Shown here piece by piece: positions 42,581 to 59,210 of a DNA stretch of 64,000 nt. The notes under the pieces are model-generated. The model saw only the letters and a list, made by a program, of their open reading frames with translations, had not been told where the DNA came from and made no database searches. The stretch lies in the NCBI RefSeq assembly GCF_009914755.1, contig NC_060927.1. One strand, written 5' to 3'. The position numbers and the translations under genes are program-made. This DNA is from the human T2T-CHM13v2.0 reference genome, Homo sapiens. Position 1 is the first letter of the stretch. The number at the start of each line of letters is the position of its first letter.

Positions 42581-43166
42581 GATGGATTTCTTTTTTGTTT
42601 AAGAAAAGATATGTTTGAAAACTTTTATGACAACAGTGAGAACAACAAATTATTCGCCGTCTTTTTTGAGTGACAGTTTGGTTGATTTGTTCTTTTTAAT
42701 TTTTGTCAAAATTGTACATGTAAATAGATTGAAAACTAAAATGTACTGCAAAGCTTAATGCTAATATAACTATTGTTTAAAATTTTTCATTTTCTGTTTG
42801 TTGCTGGAATATAAACATAGTTGATTTTTATGTAATTAATTTGGTATTCAGCAGCTTTGCTAAACTCTCTTAATAATGTTAATAACTTGTCCATAGATCC
42901 TTTTGCATATTCTGTGTACACAATTATATTATCAACGAATGATGTCAGTTTTATTTCTTCTTTCCAAGTTCTTGATCTTTTGTTTGGTTTTATTGCCTCT
43001 TGACTTTGCTTGGGCTCTTCCGTGCAGCGTCACAGCTACAGGTCACAGTGCAGGTCAGCTTTGCTGTGTTACCCATTTCAAAGGGAAAGGTTTAAATGTT
43101 TTAATTTTAAGTATGATGTGGCTATAGGATTTTTTGGGAAGTAGTAGTTCCCTTTTATCATATTAA

Positions 43167-43469
<303 letters not shown>

Positions 43470-44444
43470 CATATTAAAGATTTTCCATTACACTATTAGA
43501 TTGTTAAACACATTTGACATAATGTTAACTTTCATCAAATGCTTTTTTTCTACATCAGTTGAAATAGTCATATATTTCTTTTTTCATCTGTTAATGTAGT
43601 AAATTATGTGGTTGATTTTCTGATACTAAATTAATCTTATCTTCCTGTAATAAATTCAATTTGCTCATAATATTTTATCTTTTTCGTATATTGCTGGATT
43701 CTGTTAGATAATATTGAGTCTAGAGGTTTTGTGTTTATGGTTACATATGAGATTGGCTTGTAATTTTTTTTCTTACTCTGTGTTGGTTTTCAGTATCAAG
43801 ATTTTGCTTTTTCATAAAATGAATTGGTGATCATTATTCCCTCTCTTTCTAGTAGAGAATCGATGTTATTTTTCCCTTCGACGTTTGGTACCATTTTCCA
43901 GTGTAGACATCCAGAGCCTGGAGTGGTATTTTGTTTGTTTTATACTTGTTGTTGTGTGTGTGAGTGGAGGAGGGGTATCAAATTATAGATTTATTTTAAT
44001 GGTTTTAGGATTACTCAGGGTTTCTATTTCATCTTTTGAATGTAGTTTTCTAGACATTTTTTCATTTATCTAATTTTTCAAAGTTTTATTCAGATAAAAG
44101 TTATTAATATCATTTAATCTTTTTAATGTTTAAAGGATCCCCTATAATTATTTTTCATTATTGTTATTGGCTATTTGTGTTTTCCTTGCTATTCTTGATT
44201 AGTCTTGCCTCCGGTGTATAAATTTTATTAATCTTTCCAAAAAGAAAATTTTGGCTTTGTTGATTCCCTTTATTTCATTTTCTATTTTTTAACTTTCTGC
44301 TTATATTTATTACTTTATTTTCCCTTCATTTGTAACTTTTAATAAGCTATTTTTTAAAACTTCTTTAAGTGGATAAATGGATGTATGCTTCACTCATAAG
44401 GTTCAGTCTTTTTTTTTTTTTTTTTCTTTCCCTTTTCTTTGGAA

Positions 44445-44656
44445 CAGTGGTTCTCAACCTGGGGTGATTTTGCCTGCCTGGGGACATTGGGCAGTATCTC
44501 TAGACATTTTTCGTGGTTACACTAGGAGAAAATGCTTATTGGCCTTCAGCAGGTGAAACCAGGGATGCTAAACATCCTACAGTGCACTGGACAGCCAGCC
44601 ACCACAAAGAATTATTTATTCCTAAACATCAATTGTGCTGAAATTGAGAAAACCTG
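44445..44656 (+). mobile_element. MER20
   Basis: cagtggttctcaacc...ttgagaaaacctg termini. Confidence 0.88.
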
Positions 44657-45778
44657 ATTTAGGATAGTCTGTAAATTTTGAAATATAGCATTTTGTTAAA
44701 ACTAAGTTAAGAGTACTTTCTAATTTGCATTTTGATTACTTCTTTAATCATGTGTGGTTTATAGCTTTAAGCTTTCATTTATAACCATATGAAAAATTTC
44801 TCCTCTTTCTTGATTGACTGAAGCTTTTCATTTCCTGCTTAAATGAATTGTGATTAGGAAACTCTGCATGTTATTAGCCCTTTGAAATTTCTCAATACAT
44901 GCTTTGTGTCCAAGTAAATAATTAATTTTGTAAATGTTGTTTGTGTTTGAAAAGAAAGTGTTTCTGCAGCTGTTGAGTGAAATATTCTATATATATTGAT
45001 TAGTTATTTGATTAGATTATCAATATTTTTGGTACATGTTTGAAAAAGTGTCAAAAAAATTAAAAATCTCCCACTTTGTGGAGTTATTTAATTCCTTATT
45101 GTATTTCTCTCAGATATTACTTATATAAACATTTGAAGTTGAGTTTAGGTACATACAAATGCAGAATCTTTATCCCTTTCTGGTGAATAATCATTAGAAA
45201 TAGACCATCCTGATCCTAAATAATGTTATTTTTTGCCTTAAAGTTTACTTTGTCTGATATTGATAAAGCTACACAATCTTTCTTTGTTTAGTGTTTAAAT
45301 TATTTATTTTTATCACTATTTTACTTTAACCCTCATGAATCCTTACGTTTTTAGATCTATGTCTTATGAAATAATGTGTTTTTATGTGTATTTATACATG
45401 TATATGTAAATCTAGTTTGAGAAGCTTTGTCTATATTTCATTTATACTTAATGCAATTAGTGAAATATTTGGATTTTTATCTACTGTTTTATTATCTCCT
45501 TTCCAGTGTACACCTTTTCTTTTTTTTTTGCCTTTTTCTTTTCTTTAGGATCAGCATGTTTTTATTTTTACACTTTTTTCTTTGTTTGAAAGTTAAATAC
45601 TTTCTTAATTCTTTTTAGAGTAGTTACTCTAGAAAATAAAATCCTTCACTAATCAATACTTTATGTTACTTTTTCCTTGTACAGAACTTGGCTCCAGTGA
45701 GCAAAAGGAGCTTAGAATACTTTAATTCAATATTTTTCTCCTGACTTATGTGCTATAATTTTGGGGTATTTTAATTCT

Positions 45779-45796
45779 TTTTTTTTTGAGATGGAG
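45779..45796 (-). mobile_element. Ultra-short Alu 3' end insertion
   Basis: T tract plus gagatggag flanked by a tttaattct direct repeat. Confidence 0.6.
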
Positions 45797-46335
45797 TTTA
45801 ATTCTATGTTTTTTATTATATAGCCCCATTCGACTGTTAATATAGTCAAATTATATTTAGTATTACTGATATAGTCACGATTTTGTCTGTTCTCCAGTCT
45901 TCTCTCTCTTCTCAATTTTCAACCTGTGATCATTTTTTTCCTTCTGCCTTCTAGGTTTAGTGTTTCTTTTGTAGTTTTTCCAGTTTATTTTTTCACTTTT
46001 TCTTCCACCTCTATTTTTTTTAGTGTTGGTCTGCTAGCAGTAAATTCTCTTAGTTTTTGTTTGCCTGAATTTTAATATTTTTACCACTAATCTTGAAAGA
46101 CATTTTTTTCTGGGTTTAATATTCTTGGTTGTCAGGTTTTTAGGAGGCACATTGAAAATGTTACCCTACTATTTTCTAGTTTCTATTGTTGATGTTAATC
46201 TAACTGCTATCTTTTTGAAGGTAAAGTCGGTCTTAGCCTTACTTTTATGGTTTTTCTCTTTGTCTTTGAACTTTCTGGCATTTTGATATGATGTGTCTAA
46301 GTATGAATTTTTCTTTCAAATTTTCCTGCTTGTGA

Positions 46336-46874
<539 letters not shown>

Positions 46875-49800
46875 TAATAATTTTATCTTCAGTTCTATCT
46901 CAACTTCTATAAAACACATTTATTGAGTCGGGTTTATTAAATATTGTTTAATGCTAGAACTTCTATTTAGTTATTTGTCAGAATTTCTCTGGCATTTGCA
47001 TGTCCTCAGTTCTCTATCAAAATTTCCAAATTTGTCTTTTATCTTCTTAGCCTTACTAAGCATAACTGGTTTAAAATCTGGGTCTAATAGTTCCAATGTT
47101 TGAAATCCTTATCTGTCTGCCTATATTGTCTTTTGTTTCTGGTTTTCATTCATCTCTTAGTTTGCCTTCATATAGATAATTTTGAGCTGGATATTATAAT
47201 TAACTATCTATGGAAGTAATTTATAATTTTAGGCTAAGAAAGATGTTGTCCTCCTCTAAGAGGATTTGTAACTTTTGCCAGGCACTTATAGGCACTAGCA
47301 CCATGAGATAAACTTAATCCAATTCCAGGGCTTGATATTTTCTGGGCCACTCAAGTGACTCAGGCTGCAGTCTTTGTGAGGGCTGTTTTACTTCCATATT
47401 ACTGTTACTTCTTAGGTACAGTTTTGTTCTCCACGTAATCATGCAGTGATTTATGAGGATTCTTATGCTGTGCAAGTGCTAGTCTTCAACATTCATGCAA
47501 CCAACTCTAAGAGGCTCTTCAAAATGAGCAATCCTAAGGGCAAAAGAGGTTCCAAATGTCAGGTTTATGTCTATACACTTCCAGTTTTTCCTGAAGATTG
47601 GCCTGGTAATTTCTTATTATTTTATTTGGGAATTTAATGCTTCTGAAATAATTTTGAAAATAGTTTTCCAGCATTTGAGTTTGCAGCGATAGACAATTAG
47701 CAAATAGCAATTTGATTAAATAATCTAGTATGTTATTAATGGGTTGTGAGATCACTTTTTGAAATTATTTGTATTTTTTTATGTTTCAATACATATAATG
47801 GATAGTAATCAAATCCGAGTAACTAGCCTATCCATCACCTCAAACATTTATCATTTCTTTGTTTGGGAAATATTCAATATCCTCTGTCTAGCTATTTGAA
47901 ACTATGTATTATTGTTATTTATAATCATCCTACAGTGGCATATAACACTAGAACTTATTCCTTTTATCTAGCTGTAATTTTTATCTTTTAACAAATCTCT
48001 CCTGATTCTTTCCATCCCCTTACTCTTCTCAACCTCTACTATCCTCTGTTCTACTTTTTGTGTTTATAAGATCAACTGTTTTTAGCTTCCACATATGAGT
48101 GAGAACATGCAGTGTTTATCTGTTCTTGGCTTATTTTACTTAACAAAATGTCCTCAAGTTCCACCTATGTTGCTGTAAATGACAGGATTTCATTCTTTCT
48201 TATGGCTGAAGAGTATTCCATTGTGAATATATACCATATTTTCTTTGTCCATTCACCTGTTGTTGGACACTAGGTTGATTCCATATCTTGGCTATTGTGA
48301 ATAGTGCTGCAGTAAATATGGGGATGCAGAAGTCTCTTTGGTATAATGATTTCCTTTCCTTTGGATAAATTCCCAGTAGTATGATTACTGGGTCATATGA
48401 TAGTTTTATTTGTAGTTTTTTGTAGTTCATATTCTTATCTACAGTGGCTTTACTAGTTTACATTCCCACCAGCAGTGTTTAAGCATTCCCTTTCTTCCAG
48501 GAAGAAAAATAACAAATCCTCCCCAGCATTTGTTATTTTTTGTCTTTTTGTTAATAACCATCCTAACAGGTAAGAAGACACCTTATTGTGGTTCTGATTT
48601 GCATTTCCCTGATGATTAGTGATGTTGGGCATTTTTGTGTATATCTGTTGGCCAGTAGTATGTCTTCTTTTGATAAATGTTTGTTCATATCATTTGCCCA
48701 CTTTATAAATCAGATTGTTTGTTTTTTTGATGTTGAAATATTTGAGTTCCTTGTGTACTCTGGATATTAATCACCTGTCAGATGAGTAGTTTGCAAATAT
48801 TTTCTCCCATTCTGTAGACTGTTATTTCACTCAGTCATTGTTTCCCTTGCTTTGCAGAAGCTTTTTAGTTTAATGAAGTCCCATTTTCCGTTTTTGCTTT
48901 TGTCACCTGTGATTTTCAGGCCTTAATTATAAAATCTTTTCCTAGACTAATGTCCTGAAGAATTTCTCCCATGTTTTCTTCTCATAGTTTTATCATTTGA
49001 GGTCTTACATTTAAAGCTTTAATCCATTGTGAGTCTATTTTTGTGTAGGGTAGGAGATAGGAGTCTAGTTTCATTCTTCTGCATACAGACATCCAGTTTC
49101 CCCAGAACCATTTATTGAAGAGACTGCCCTTTCCCAAGATCATGCCATTTGCAAACGGAAAATTTGACTTCCTCCATTCCAATTTGCATGGCCTTTATTT
49201 CTTTCTCTTGACAAATTTCTCCGATAGAATGTCCAGTGCTATGTTGAATGAGAGTGGTAAGAGTGGACATCCTTGTCTTGTTCCAGTTCTTAGAGGAAAA
49301 GATTTCAGCTTTTCCCTGTTCAATAAGATGTGAGTTGTGGGTTTGTTATATTATCATTATTAAACTGCAATTTCCTTCCATACCTAATTTATTAGGAGTG
49401 TTTTTTTTATCATGAAGGGAAGCTGAATTTTATCAAAAGCTTTTTCTGCATCAATTGAGATGATCGTATGTTTTTTGTCCTTCATTCCATAGATGTGATG
49501 TGTGATGTTTATTGATTTGCCTATGCTGGGCCATCTTAGCATTCCTAAAGTACATCTCATTGAATCATGGTGTCTTATCTTTTTGATGTATTGTTGGATT
49601 CAGTTTGATAGTATTTTATTGAGAATTTTTGCATATATATTCATCAGGGATATTTTGTGGTTGTCTTCTTTGTTGTGTACTTTTCTGGTTTGGGTATCAG
49701 GATTACGCTGGCCTTATATAATGAATTAGGAAGAATTCCCTATGCTTCTATTTTTTAAAACAGTTTGAGAAATATTTTTATTAATTTGTCTTTAAAGATG

Positions 49801-51147
49801 CAGTAGAATTCAGTGGTGAAGCCATCTGGTCCTGGATTTTTCTTTGTTAGAAGATTTTTATTACTGATTCAATCTTGTTACTTGTTATTGGTCTGTTCAA
49901 GTTTTCTATTTCTCAGTGGTTCAATCTTGATAGGTTGTATGTATCCAGAAATGTATCCATTTCTCTTAGGTTTTCAAATTTATTGGCATATAATTCTTTA
50001 TAGTAGTCTGTAGTAATCCTTTGTATTTCTGTGGCATCCATTACGACATCATTTTTGTTGTCTTTTATTTATAATTTTATTTATTTGGATTGTCTCTCTT
50101 TTTTTCTCAGCCTAGGTAATGCTTTGTTGGCTTTGTTTATCTTCTTTTATCTCTTGTATTATTTTATTAGTCTCAGTATGGTTTATTTCTGCTCTGACCA
50201 TTATTATTTCTTTTCTTCTGCTAATTTGGGGTTTGGTTTGTTCTTACTTTTATAGTCCCTTGAGATGCATTGTTAGGTTGTTTATTTGACATCTTTCTAG
50301 TTTCGTGACGTATGCATCTATTGCTACATATTTGTCTCTTAATTTCATTTTGCTGTGTCTCATAGATTTTAGTGTTGTGTTTCTATTTTTATTTGTTTCC
50401 ATGAATTTTTAAATTTCATCCCTAATTTATTGTGTCACCCATTGGTTGTTCAGGAGTATGCTGTTTAATTTCCATGTATTTGTACAGTTTTTGAATATTT
50501 CTCTTTTTATTGATATTTAATTTTATTTCAATGTGGTCAGATATGATATTTGACATGATTTCAATTTTTAAAAATTTGCTGAGACTTGTTTTATATCCTA
50601 GCATATGATCAATCCTAGAGAGTATTTCATATGCTTATGAAAAGAATGCGTATTCTGAAGCTGTTGGGTGAAATGTTCTGTAAATGTCTGGTAGGTCCAT
50701 TTGGTCCATGGTGCAGTTTACAAATAAGCCAATGTTTATTTGTTAATTTTCTGTCTAGATGATCTGTCCAATGCTGAGAGTGGGGTGTTGAAGTCCTCAG
50801 CTATTATTTTATTAATGTCTATCTCTTCCTTTAGATCTAATAATATTTGCTTTATACATCTGGATGTTTTGGTGTTGGATACATATATATTTACAATTGT
50901 TATATTATCTTGCTGAATTGATTCCTTAATTATTATATAATGTCCTTCCTTGTCTCTTTTTACAGTTTTTAACTTTAAGTCTGTTTTGTCTGATATAAGT
51001 ATAGCTACTCCTGCTCACTTTTGGTTTCTGTTCATGTGGAATATTTTGCTCCATCCCTTCACTTTCAATCTCTATGTGTCTTTACAGGTGAAGTGAGTTT
51101 CTTGTGGGCAGCAGTAGTAGAGTCTTGTATTTTCTTAATCCATTTAG

Positions 51148-51477
<330 letters not shown>

Positions 51478-52904
51478 TGATAGATAAAGACTTATTCCTG
51501 TAATTTTATTGGTTGTTTTCTGGCTTTTAAAATTTATCCTTTTTTCCTTACTTCCTCTTTTATTGTGTATTTTTAGATTAGGTGGTTTGCTGTAGTGAGA
51601 TGATTAGATTTTTTTTAGCCTTCTCCTTTGTGTATTGGCTCCATTAGTGAGTTTTATAGTTTTGTAGTTGTCATGAGGGTTATTGTCCTTTCACTTCCAG
51701 ATGTAAGCCTTGCGCATTTGCTGTAAGCCTAGCCTAGTGGTGACGAATTTTCTCAGATTTTGCTTGTCTGTGAAAGATTTGTTTCTCCTTCATTTTGGAA
51801 TGATAGCTTTTCTGGGTATATACTATTCTTGGCTAATGGTTTTTTTTTTCTTTCAGTTCTTCAAATATATGATCTCATTCTCTCCTGGCCTGAAAGGCTT
51901 CTGCTGAGAAATAATTGTTAGTTGAATAGGAAGTATCTTATACGTGACTTGACACTTTTGCTGCTCTTAGAACATTTTCTTTCTCTTTGACTTTTGACAA
52001 TTTAACTATAATTTGCCTCAGAGGGGCAAATCTAAACCTTTGTCATTTTTAAAGCTTCCTGGACCTGGATGTCCATTTATCTCCTAAGACAGGAAGTTTT
52101 CTGCTATAATTTCATTAAATATGTTTTTCTCACCTCTTCCCTTCTCTTCTCCTTCTGGAACACCCATACTATAAAAATTTGTTTGCTTACTGGTGTCCCA
52201 TAAATCCTGTAGGCTTTCTTCATTCTTGTTTGTTCTCTTTTCATGTTTTGCCTGCTTGTGTTATTTCAAAAGATCTGTCTTCAACTTTAGAAATTAATTC
52301 TTCTACTTGGTCTAATCTGTTGTTGAAGCTCCTGATTTTATTTTTTATTTTATTCATTGAATTCTTCAGCTGAAAGATTTCTGTTTAGTTCCTTTTTATG
52401 ATATCTATTTCTTTGTTGAATTTCTCAATTACTATTTTTCATCAGAAATTGTTTTCTTGATTTCATGGAATTGTCTATCTGCATTATCTTATATCTTACT
52501 GAGTTTCCCCAAGGTTATTATTCTGAATTCTTTTTCAGGCATTTCATATATTTTCTTATGATTGAAATCTGTTACTGTGGAATTATTGTTTTCCTTTGAA
52601 AGTGACGAGTGCTTGCTTTTTCATGATTAATGTGTCACTATTTTGATTTCTATGAATCTGGTGGAAAAGTCATCTCTTCCAATTTATGTAGGATTAGTAG
52701 AGAAAGACTTATTTGTATTAATGAGTCTTGGGGTGTTGGTTTGGTGGAGTGCATTGGCCTTGGTTCTAGTGGATGCAATAGTGTGGTCTCTGTGTAGCTT
52801 CTTTAGCTGTAAGTCATACTAGTGGTGTTTGTGAGTTTCTCAGTGGCCTAGGTTGAGAGAGTTTGTGGTAACAGTAGTGTGGCTTTACCAGGGGTAGGCT
52901 TGCT

Positions 52905-53870
52905 GGGCTGTTTCTCAGGTCGGGGGTATGTGCATGCACACAGCAGTTCAGCCACCTTTGGATCTGTCTCACTTGGGTTCAGGTCATGGGACTGTTACTC
53001 TGGCCGCAAGCACAGCCATATGGTTACTCAGGCAGCCTAGGGGTGTGCCTGCCAGGAGCAGCTTGCAGTGTTGTTTCTTAGGCCTAGGATATGGGCATAC
53101 AGGTGTTTAGCTGGCCTGGAGACATAGCCATCAGGGGCAGCCTGAGGGATGTTTCTCAAGCCAAGACTCTTGGTTGGCCTAGGGGAGTGCCAACCAGGGG
53201 TGAACTGCAGGGTTGTTTCTAAGGTCTGGGCACAGCTATACAGCTGCTTAGTTGGCTGGGGGGTGTGTTTGCTAGGGACAAACAAATGCTTCTTGGGCCT
53301 AAGGCATGTGATCATGGGTGTGTGTCTGCTGGGGGTGACTCCCTGAAGTCTGACGGGGCTGTTTCTCTGGCTCAGGACATGGGTGCACAGCTGCTCACCT
53401 GACCTGTGGGTATGTCTGCCAGGTGCAGCCCACAGGACTGCTTCTCAGGCCTGTGATATGGCTGCACTGCTGCTTGGCAGGCCTGGTGGTATTTCTGTCA
53501 GGGGGTGACCCATAGAGCTGTTTCGTAAGCCTACAGTGCAAGCACAGGCCTGCTCTGTTGACCTGGGGGCATACCCACTAGCGGTGGCTCATGAGGCTGT
53601 TTCTTGGGCCTGGGATATGGGCACATAGCATGTCGGTCTGGCTGGGAGCATCATTTCCTGGGGGAGGCCCATGGGGCTCTTTCTCAGGTCTGGGACAGAG
53701 GTGCAAGGCTGTTTGGCAGCTCCGGAGCATGTCTGTTGGGGGCAGACTGTTTCTCAGGCCATTATTGCAGGTGCAGGGCCATTGGGCAGACCATGAACAT
53801 GTCTGCAGGAGACTGTTTTTTAGATCCTGAATGCTGGTATGTAGCCACTCTGCCAGCCTGGAGGCTCAGA
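52905..53870. repeat. Degenerate ~79-bp tandem array (about 13 units) in the L1MA 5' UTR
   Basis: Recurrent ctgtttctcaggcc anchor spaced 64-84 bp. Confidence 0.8.
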
Positions 53871-54645
53871 GGCGTCTCCTGCTTATGGAAGGATACACAG
53901 TGATTTGGCTGGTTTGAAAGTAGGCTTGTCCTAGAAGATGCAATCTGGGTAGGGGACACGGGGCTGCAGAGGCTGGGTGCCTCCATACTGTCCCCTTGTA
54001 CTCCCAATCACCACAGGCGCATCTCCACTCCCCGGCTGCCCTCTAGAGCTCTCCCTTCGACACTCCAGCCAAATCTTATGTTTGTTCTTTGCCTTGATCC
54101 TGTCTTGTAGGAGAGAAGAGTGCCAGACTTCTGTGGTCAGTCATTTTGCTAATGTCACTTGAGATTCTCTTTCTTCATTTTGTTATTTACTACTCGATTG
54201 GGTTTATTTTGCGTTTTTATTCTAACTTCTTAGTCCATTTTTAACACTATCTTTGCCTTTTTTCCTCTTTATCAGTAATCATATAAGGCTATAAATTTTC
54301 CTCTACCACTTTGGCTATGTTGCACAAGTTTTAATCTGCAAATATTTCATCATTATTCAGCTCTAAATATATTCTAATTTTTATTCACAACTGTTTTTTG
54401 TTTGTTTTTGTTTTTATTTTGTCCCAGGGCTCTTGTTTTGTTTAGAAATATATGTGTTTTGTTTTAAAACTAATGAGATTTCTCTTAGTTTTGTTTTGAT
54501 TTTTAATTCAATGACACATGTGTAGTATGTTTGATACCAATATTCTGAAATGTGTTGAAGTCTTCTATATGGCTTAGCTCATGGTCAATTTTTATAAATG
54601 TTTTATGTGGTGCTTTATAAGAATATGTATTCCTCAGTTGTGTAG

Positions 54646-54989
<344 letters not shown>

Positions 54990-55257
54990 AAGATTTTACC
55001 CTTACATTAGATAATGTATTTTTATTGGATATCTCAGATCTGTATCCTCAATAATTTTTTTAGTCTATCAATTACAGAGAGAGTTATGCTAAACAATTCA
55101 AGCATGGTGGTTGCATTTTCTGATTTCTCCTAATATTTTCATTAAAGGAACTCTTTTGAGGAAAATATATTAAGTAAATAAAACTTTAGAATATTTTTCT
55201 ATCTTACAAAATAATTGCACTTATTTCATTTGCCCTGAACCATTTTATTGCCATTTG

Positions 55258-55568
<311 letters not shown>

Positions 55569-57878
55569 TGTCATTGTTTTCCTTATGCCAATTCTATCCT
55601 TTTATGTTGAATTTTTCTATGGCTTTATAGCTTATATATGTCTCCCAACAAGAATAAATATCTGGATTTGGTGTTTTAGTCCAGTCTGATGATTTTTTAT
55701 CATTTAGTTGAGTGTTTAATCAATTTGCAATGATTGTGAATACTCGTGTTTGGTTCTATTTCTGTTATATTATTTTGTGCTTTCTGTTTGTTTCACTTTT
55801 TGTTTTATTTTCTCCTTTTATTTTTGAATGCTTTACTTTTTATTCAAATTTTATCCTCCTATTATTTTGAAATGTATACCCTCTATATTTCCATTTTTCA
55901 GTGTTTATCCTACATCTGAATGTGTAACCTTAACTAAGTCTATTGTTAATCAATATTTTTGCCTCCTGCTGAAGCACACAAGGAGGGACCTTAGAACATT
56001 TTAGACCACCTCCTTCCAACTTAAGTGTTATTGTGTGAAACCATTTCATTTCTGTTATGTTTTTACCCCACAAATTAGACATAGTTATTGTTCTAATTAT
56101 TATTTCATATAGCCTTATTTGTTTAGATTTATCCATATATTTATAGATATGTATTTCTTTTATTCTTTCTTGCATTTTAGCATAATTGCAATAATAATTT
56201 TATTTGTGCTCGAACAAAATCATTTAGATATTTTACTTTAGTGAGGGTCTACTGGTTGTAAGTAATAAATTTTCTCACTTTTGTTTTGATTTGTTTAACA
56301 GTGTTTTTGTTTTACTACCATTTTTGAAAAGTAATTTCTCGAGGCATTTAATTCTGGATTGATAGTTATTTTTCGTAGGATTCTGAAGATATAATTCCAT
56401 TGTTTTCTGCTTTCCATTGCTGTTGAGAACTTAGCCGTCAGTGTATATACTGTTTTTTATTAGGTAATCTATTCTTTTTCTCTGGTTTCTTTTAAAATAT
56501 TTTCTTTTATCTTTCTTTTTTCTTTTTCTTTTTCTTTTTTTTTTTTTTTTGCTTTTGTACAGTTTAACTATGCTGTGTCTGTGTAGATGTATCTTTTTAT
56601 TTATCCTGTTTGAGATTCGTTGGGCTTTCTGAATGTGAGAATTTTTGCCTATTAATAAGCCTGGAAAACTTCTCAGGCATAATCTCTTCAACAGTGCCTC
56701 TTCAACATTCTGTTTATAATCTTCTTCTAGAAAATTCATTTGACATTTGTTATGTCTTCATAATATAGCCCTTGTGCTTTGCAACCTCTAATATTTTTCT
56801 TCTCTTAGTCTTTTTTGGTTCACTTTTGAAATTTGTTTAGGTTTCTCTTCCAGGTCACTAATAACTTCTTCATGCACACCTTATTTGTTGTTTAACCCAT
56901 GTATTGAGTTTTTAGTTAAATTTTTTAGTTTTATTTGATTCATTTTTAAGTATGCTTTTAAAAATAGACTCTTGTTTCTCATCCATGCTTTTCTGCCTGC
57001 CTATCTTTAATGATTTTGAATGTATTCAGTATATACTTATTTTCTACTACAGACACCAAAATTCCAATATTCAATGTTTTGCATGTCTCATTCTGATGTC
57101 TTTGACTTCATCAGACCCTCAATCATGATGGAAAGATTTTGAGATAAGAATAAAAAGTTAATTCCCCCAGAGGAGACTTCAAAATGCTTTATTTTTTTTT
57201 TCTTCGGTTTCCTGGGGCTGGTCCTACCAATTGAGGATTACCTTAAATTAAATTTTGCCCTTCATGCTTTCTGTACTACACATGTAGCAGTAATTCCAGC
57301 TTTTGATGCTTATGAGGGTTAGCCTGAAAAGTAGATTTCCTGGGTAAATAATGAAGCTTTAGCTATAGGCTCCTGTGGGATTCCTTCCTTACAAGGGCCT
57401 CTTCCAAGGCCTAGAGGAGTCTTAGCAACATGCTTACAGGGTCATATGTTTTATCAATATTGTAAAAGTACAATATTTATTTATTCAATCATTTTTATTA
57501 TACACATGTAACCATTTATTTTGTACATATAGATAAACATAAAACACTGGATCCTGGAGTATATACGTATTCAACTTTAGTGGATAATGTCCAGCATTTT
57601 CCAAAGTGGCTCTACCAACGTACATACCAAGTATCGGTATATGAGAGTTCCAGTTGCTCCACGTCCTTGACAGCATTTGGTATTGACAGTCACCGCAGTT
57701 GCTCCAATGTCTTTCTGTCACACCTCCCTTCATATTAGGTAGTATTGGAGCAACTTTGGACTTTCTGGGGATCTGAGTAAGAAGTGAATTGGGAATGTAA
57801 TAATTTTACTAAAATTTGAAGGATACTTTGGAATGCTTTCATAAAACAGGTAATTAATTATAGGCTTCTACTAGACAT

Positions 57879-58267
57879 TGCTATGGTCTGAACATGTTTC
57901 CAAAATTCGTATGTGAAAACTTAATTACCAATGTGATAATATTGAGGTTTAGCCTTTAGGAGGTGATTTAATCATGAGGGCAGAGCCTTTGTGGATGGGA
58001 TGAGGGCCTTTATACAGGGGCTTGAGGGAGTAGGTTTGCCTTCTTGCCTTTCCATCCCTTCTGCCATGTGAGAACACAGTATTCCTCTCCTCCAGAGGAT
58101 ACAGCAACATGACATCTTGAAGCAGAGATAGAGCCCTCACCAGACACCAAACCTGCTGGTAATTTGACCTTAGACTTCCCAGCCTGCAGAACTGTGAGAA
58201 ATAAATTTCTGTTGCTTACAAGTTACTCAGTCTTCAGCATTTAGTTTCATTGGCACAAACGAAGACA
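57879..58267 (+). mobile_element. MSTD-like solo LTR
   Basis: tgctatggtctgaa start; gacttcccagcctgcagaactgtgagaaataaa. Confidence 0.88.
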
Positions 58268-58865
58268 TATTTTGTCATCTTTAAATTTATTTCCTAAAAT
58301 ATTGAGAGGTAACTCAGATTAAAAAAAGGAATTCTAAACAAAAACAATAAAGATGACTAATGAAATTAAAAGAAATTACCCTGACATCGAGAATAAATTG
58401 TTTAACAACAAATTTGTTTTGAATCTATCATACCAAAAGCAGTATTTCATTAAGAGGATGAGATAAATTTCAAATGGAAGTAGTGAATAGAATCTTGGAT
58501 TGTTTTATAATCCAGCTGATGAAAAGAGATGAGACATACGAACACATTAAAAAGATTTAAGGTCTGTGCTGTTTTGACAGGTAATATTAACATTGAAGAT
58601 GAAAACATAAAATGCATACTAGGTCAGTATAATGAGGACGTAGATGACAAACTGCTTAATGAATATCATCAATTCAGAGTGCTTAGTGCTTAAGACTGGT
58701 CACTGTGCAAGAAAATACAAAATTCCCTGAAGCCCTCTAGATCAAAAATGAAACCATATAGGTTTTGCCGTACTTGACAATAATCTTAAACATTTCTGTG
58801 TTACCAATAATAAGTTGTGAAGCAGAAGGAAGCTATTTTAAATATTGTTTAAAATTTTGTTTTGG

Positions 58866-59210
58866 GGCCGGGTGTGGTGGCTCATGCTTATGATCCCAGC
58901 ACTTTGAGAGGCTGAGGCGGGATGATCACTTGAGCTCAGGAGTTAAATGAGCAACCAACATGGCAAAACTCATCTGGGCAACATGGCAAAACCTCTTCTC
59001 TACAAAAAATACAAAAATTAGCCAGGTAGGGTGGTGTGCACCTGTAGTCCCAGCTACTCAGGAGGCTGAGGTGGGAGGATCGCTAGAGGCTGGAAAGATA
59101 AGGCTGCAGTGAGCCATGATCGCACCACAGCAGTCCAGCCTGGATGTAGTGCAGATCCTGTCTAAAACAAACAAACAAACAAACAAACAAACCAAACAAA
59201 CAAACAAAAA
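58866..59210 (+). mobile_element. AluJ with (CAAA)n tail and internal caacatggcaaaac duplication
   Basis: gaggtgggaggatcgct J diagnostics. Confidence 0.92.

Noticed and set aside
52905-53870. Regularly spaced repeats resembling a CRISPR array
   Set aside because: The intervening sequences resemble each other, the array is inside an L1 5' UTR, the DNA is primate and there are no cas genes
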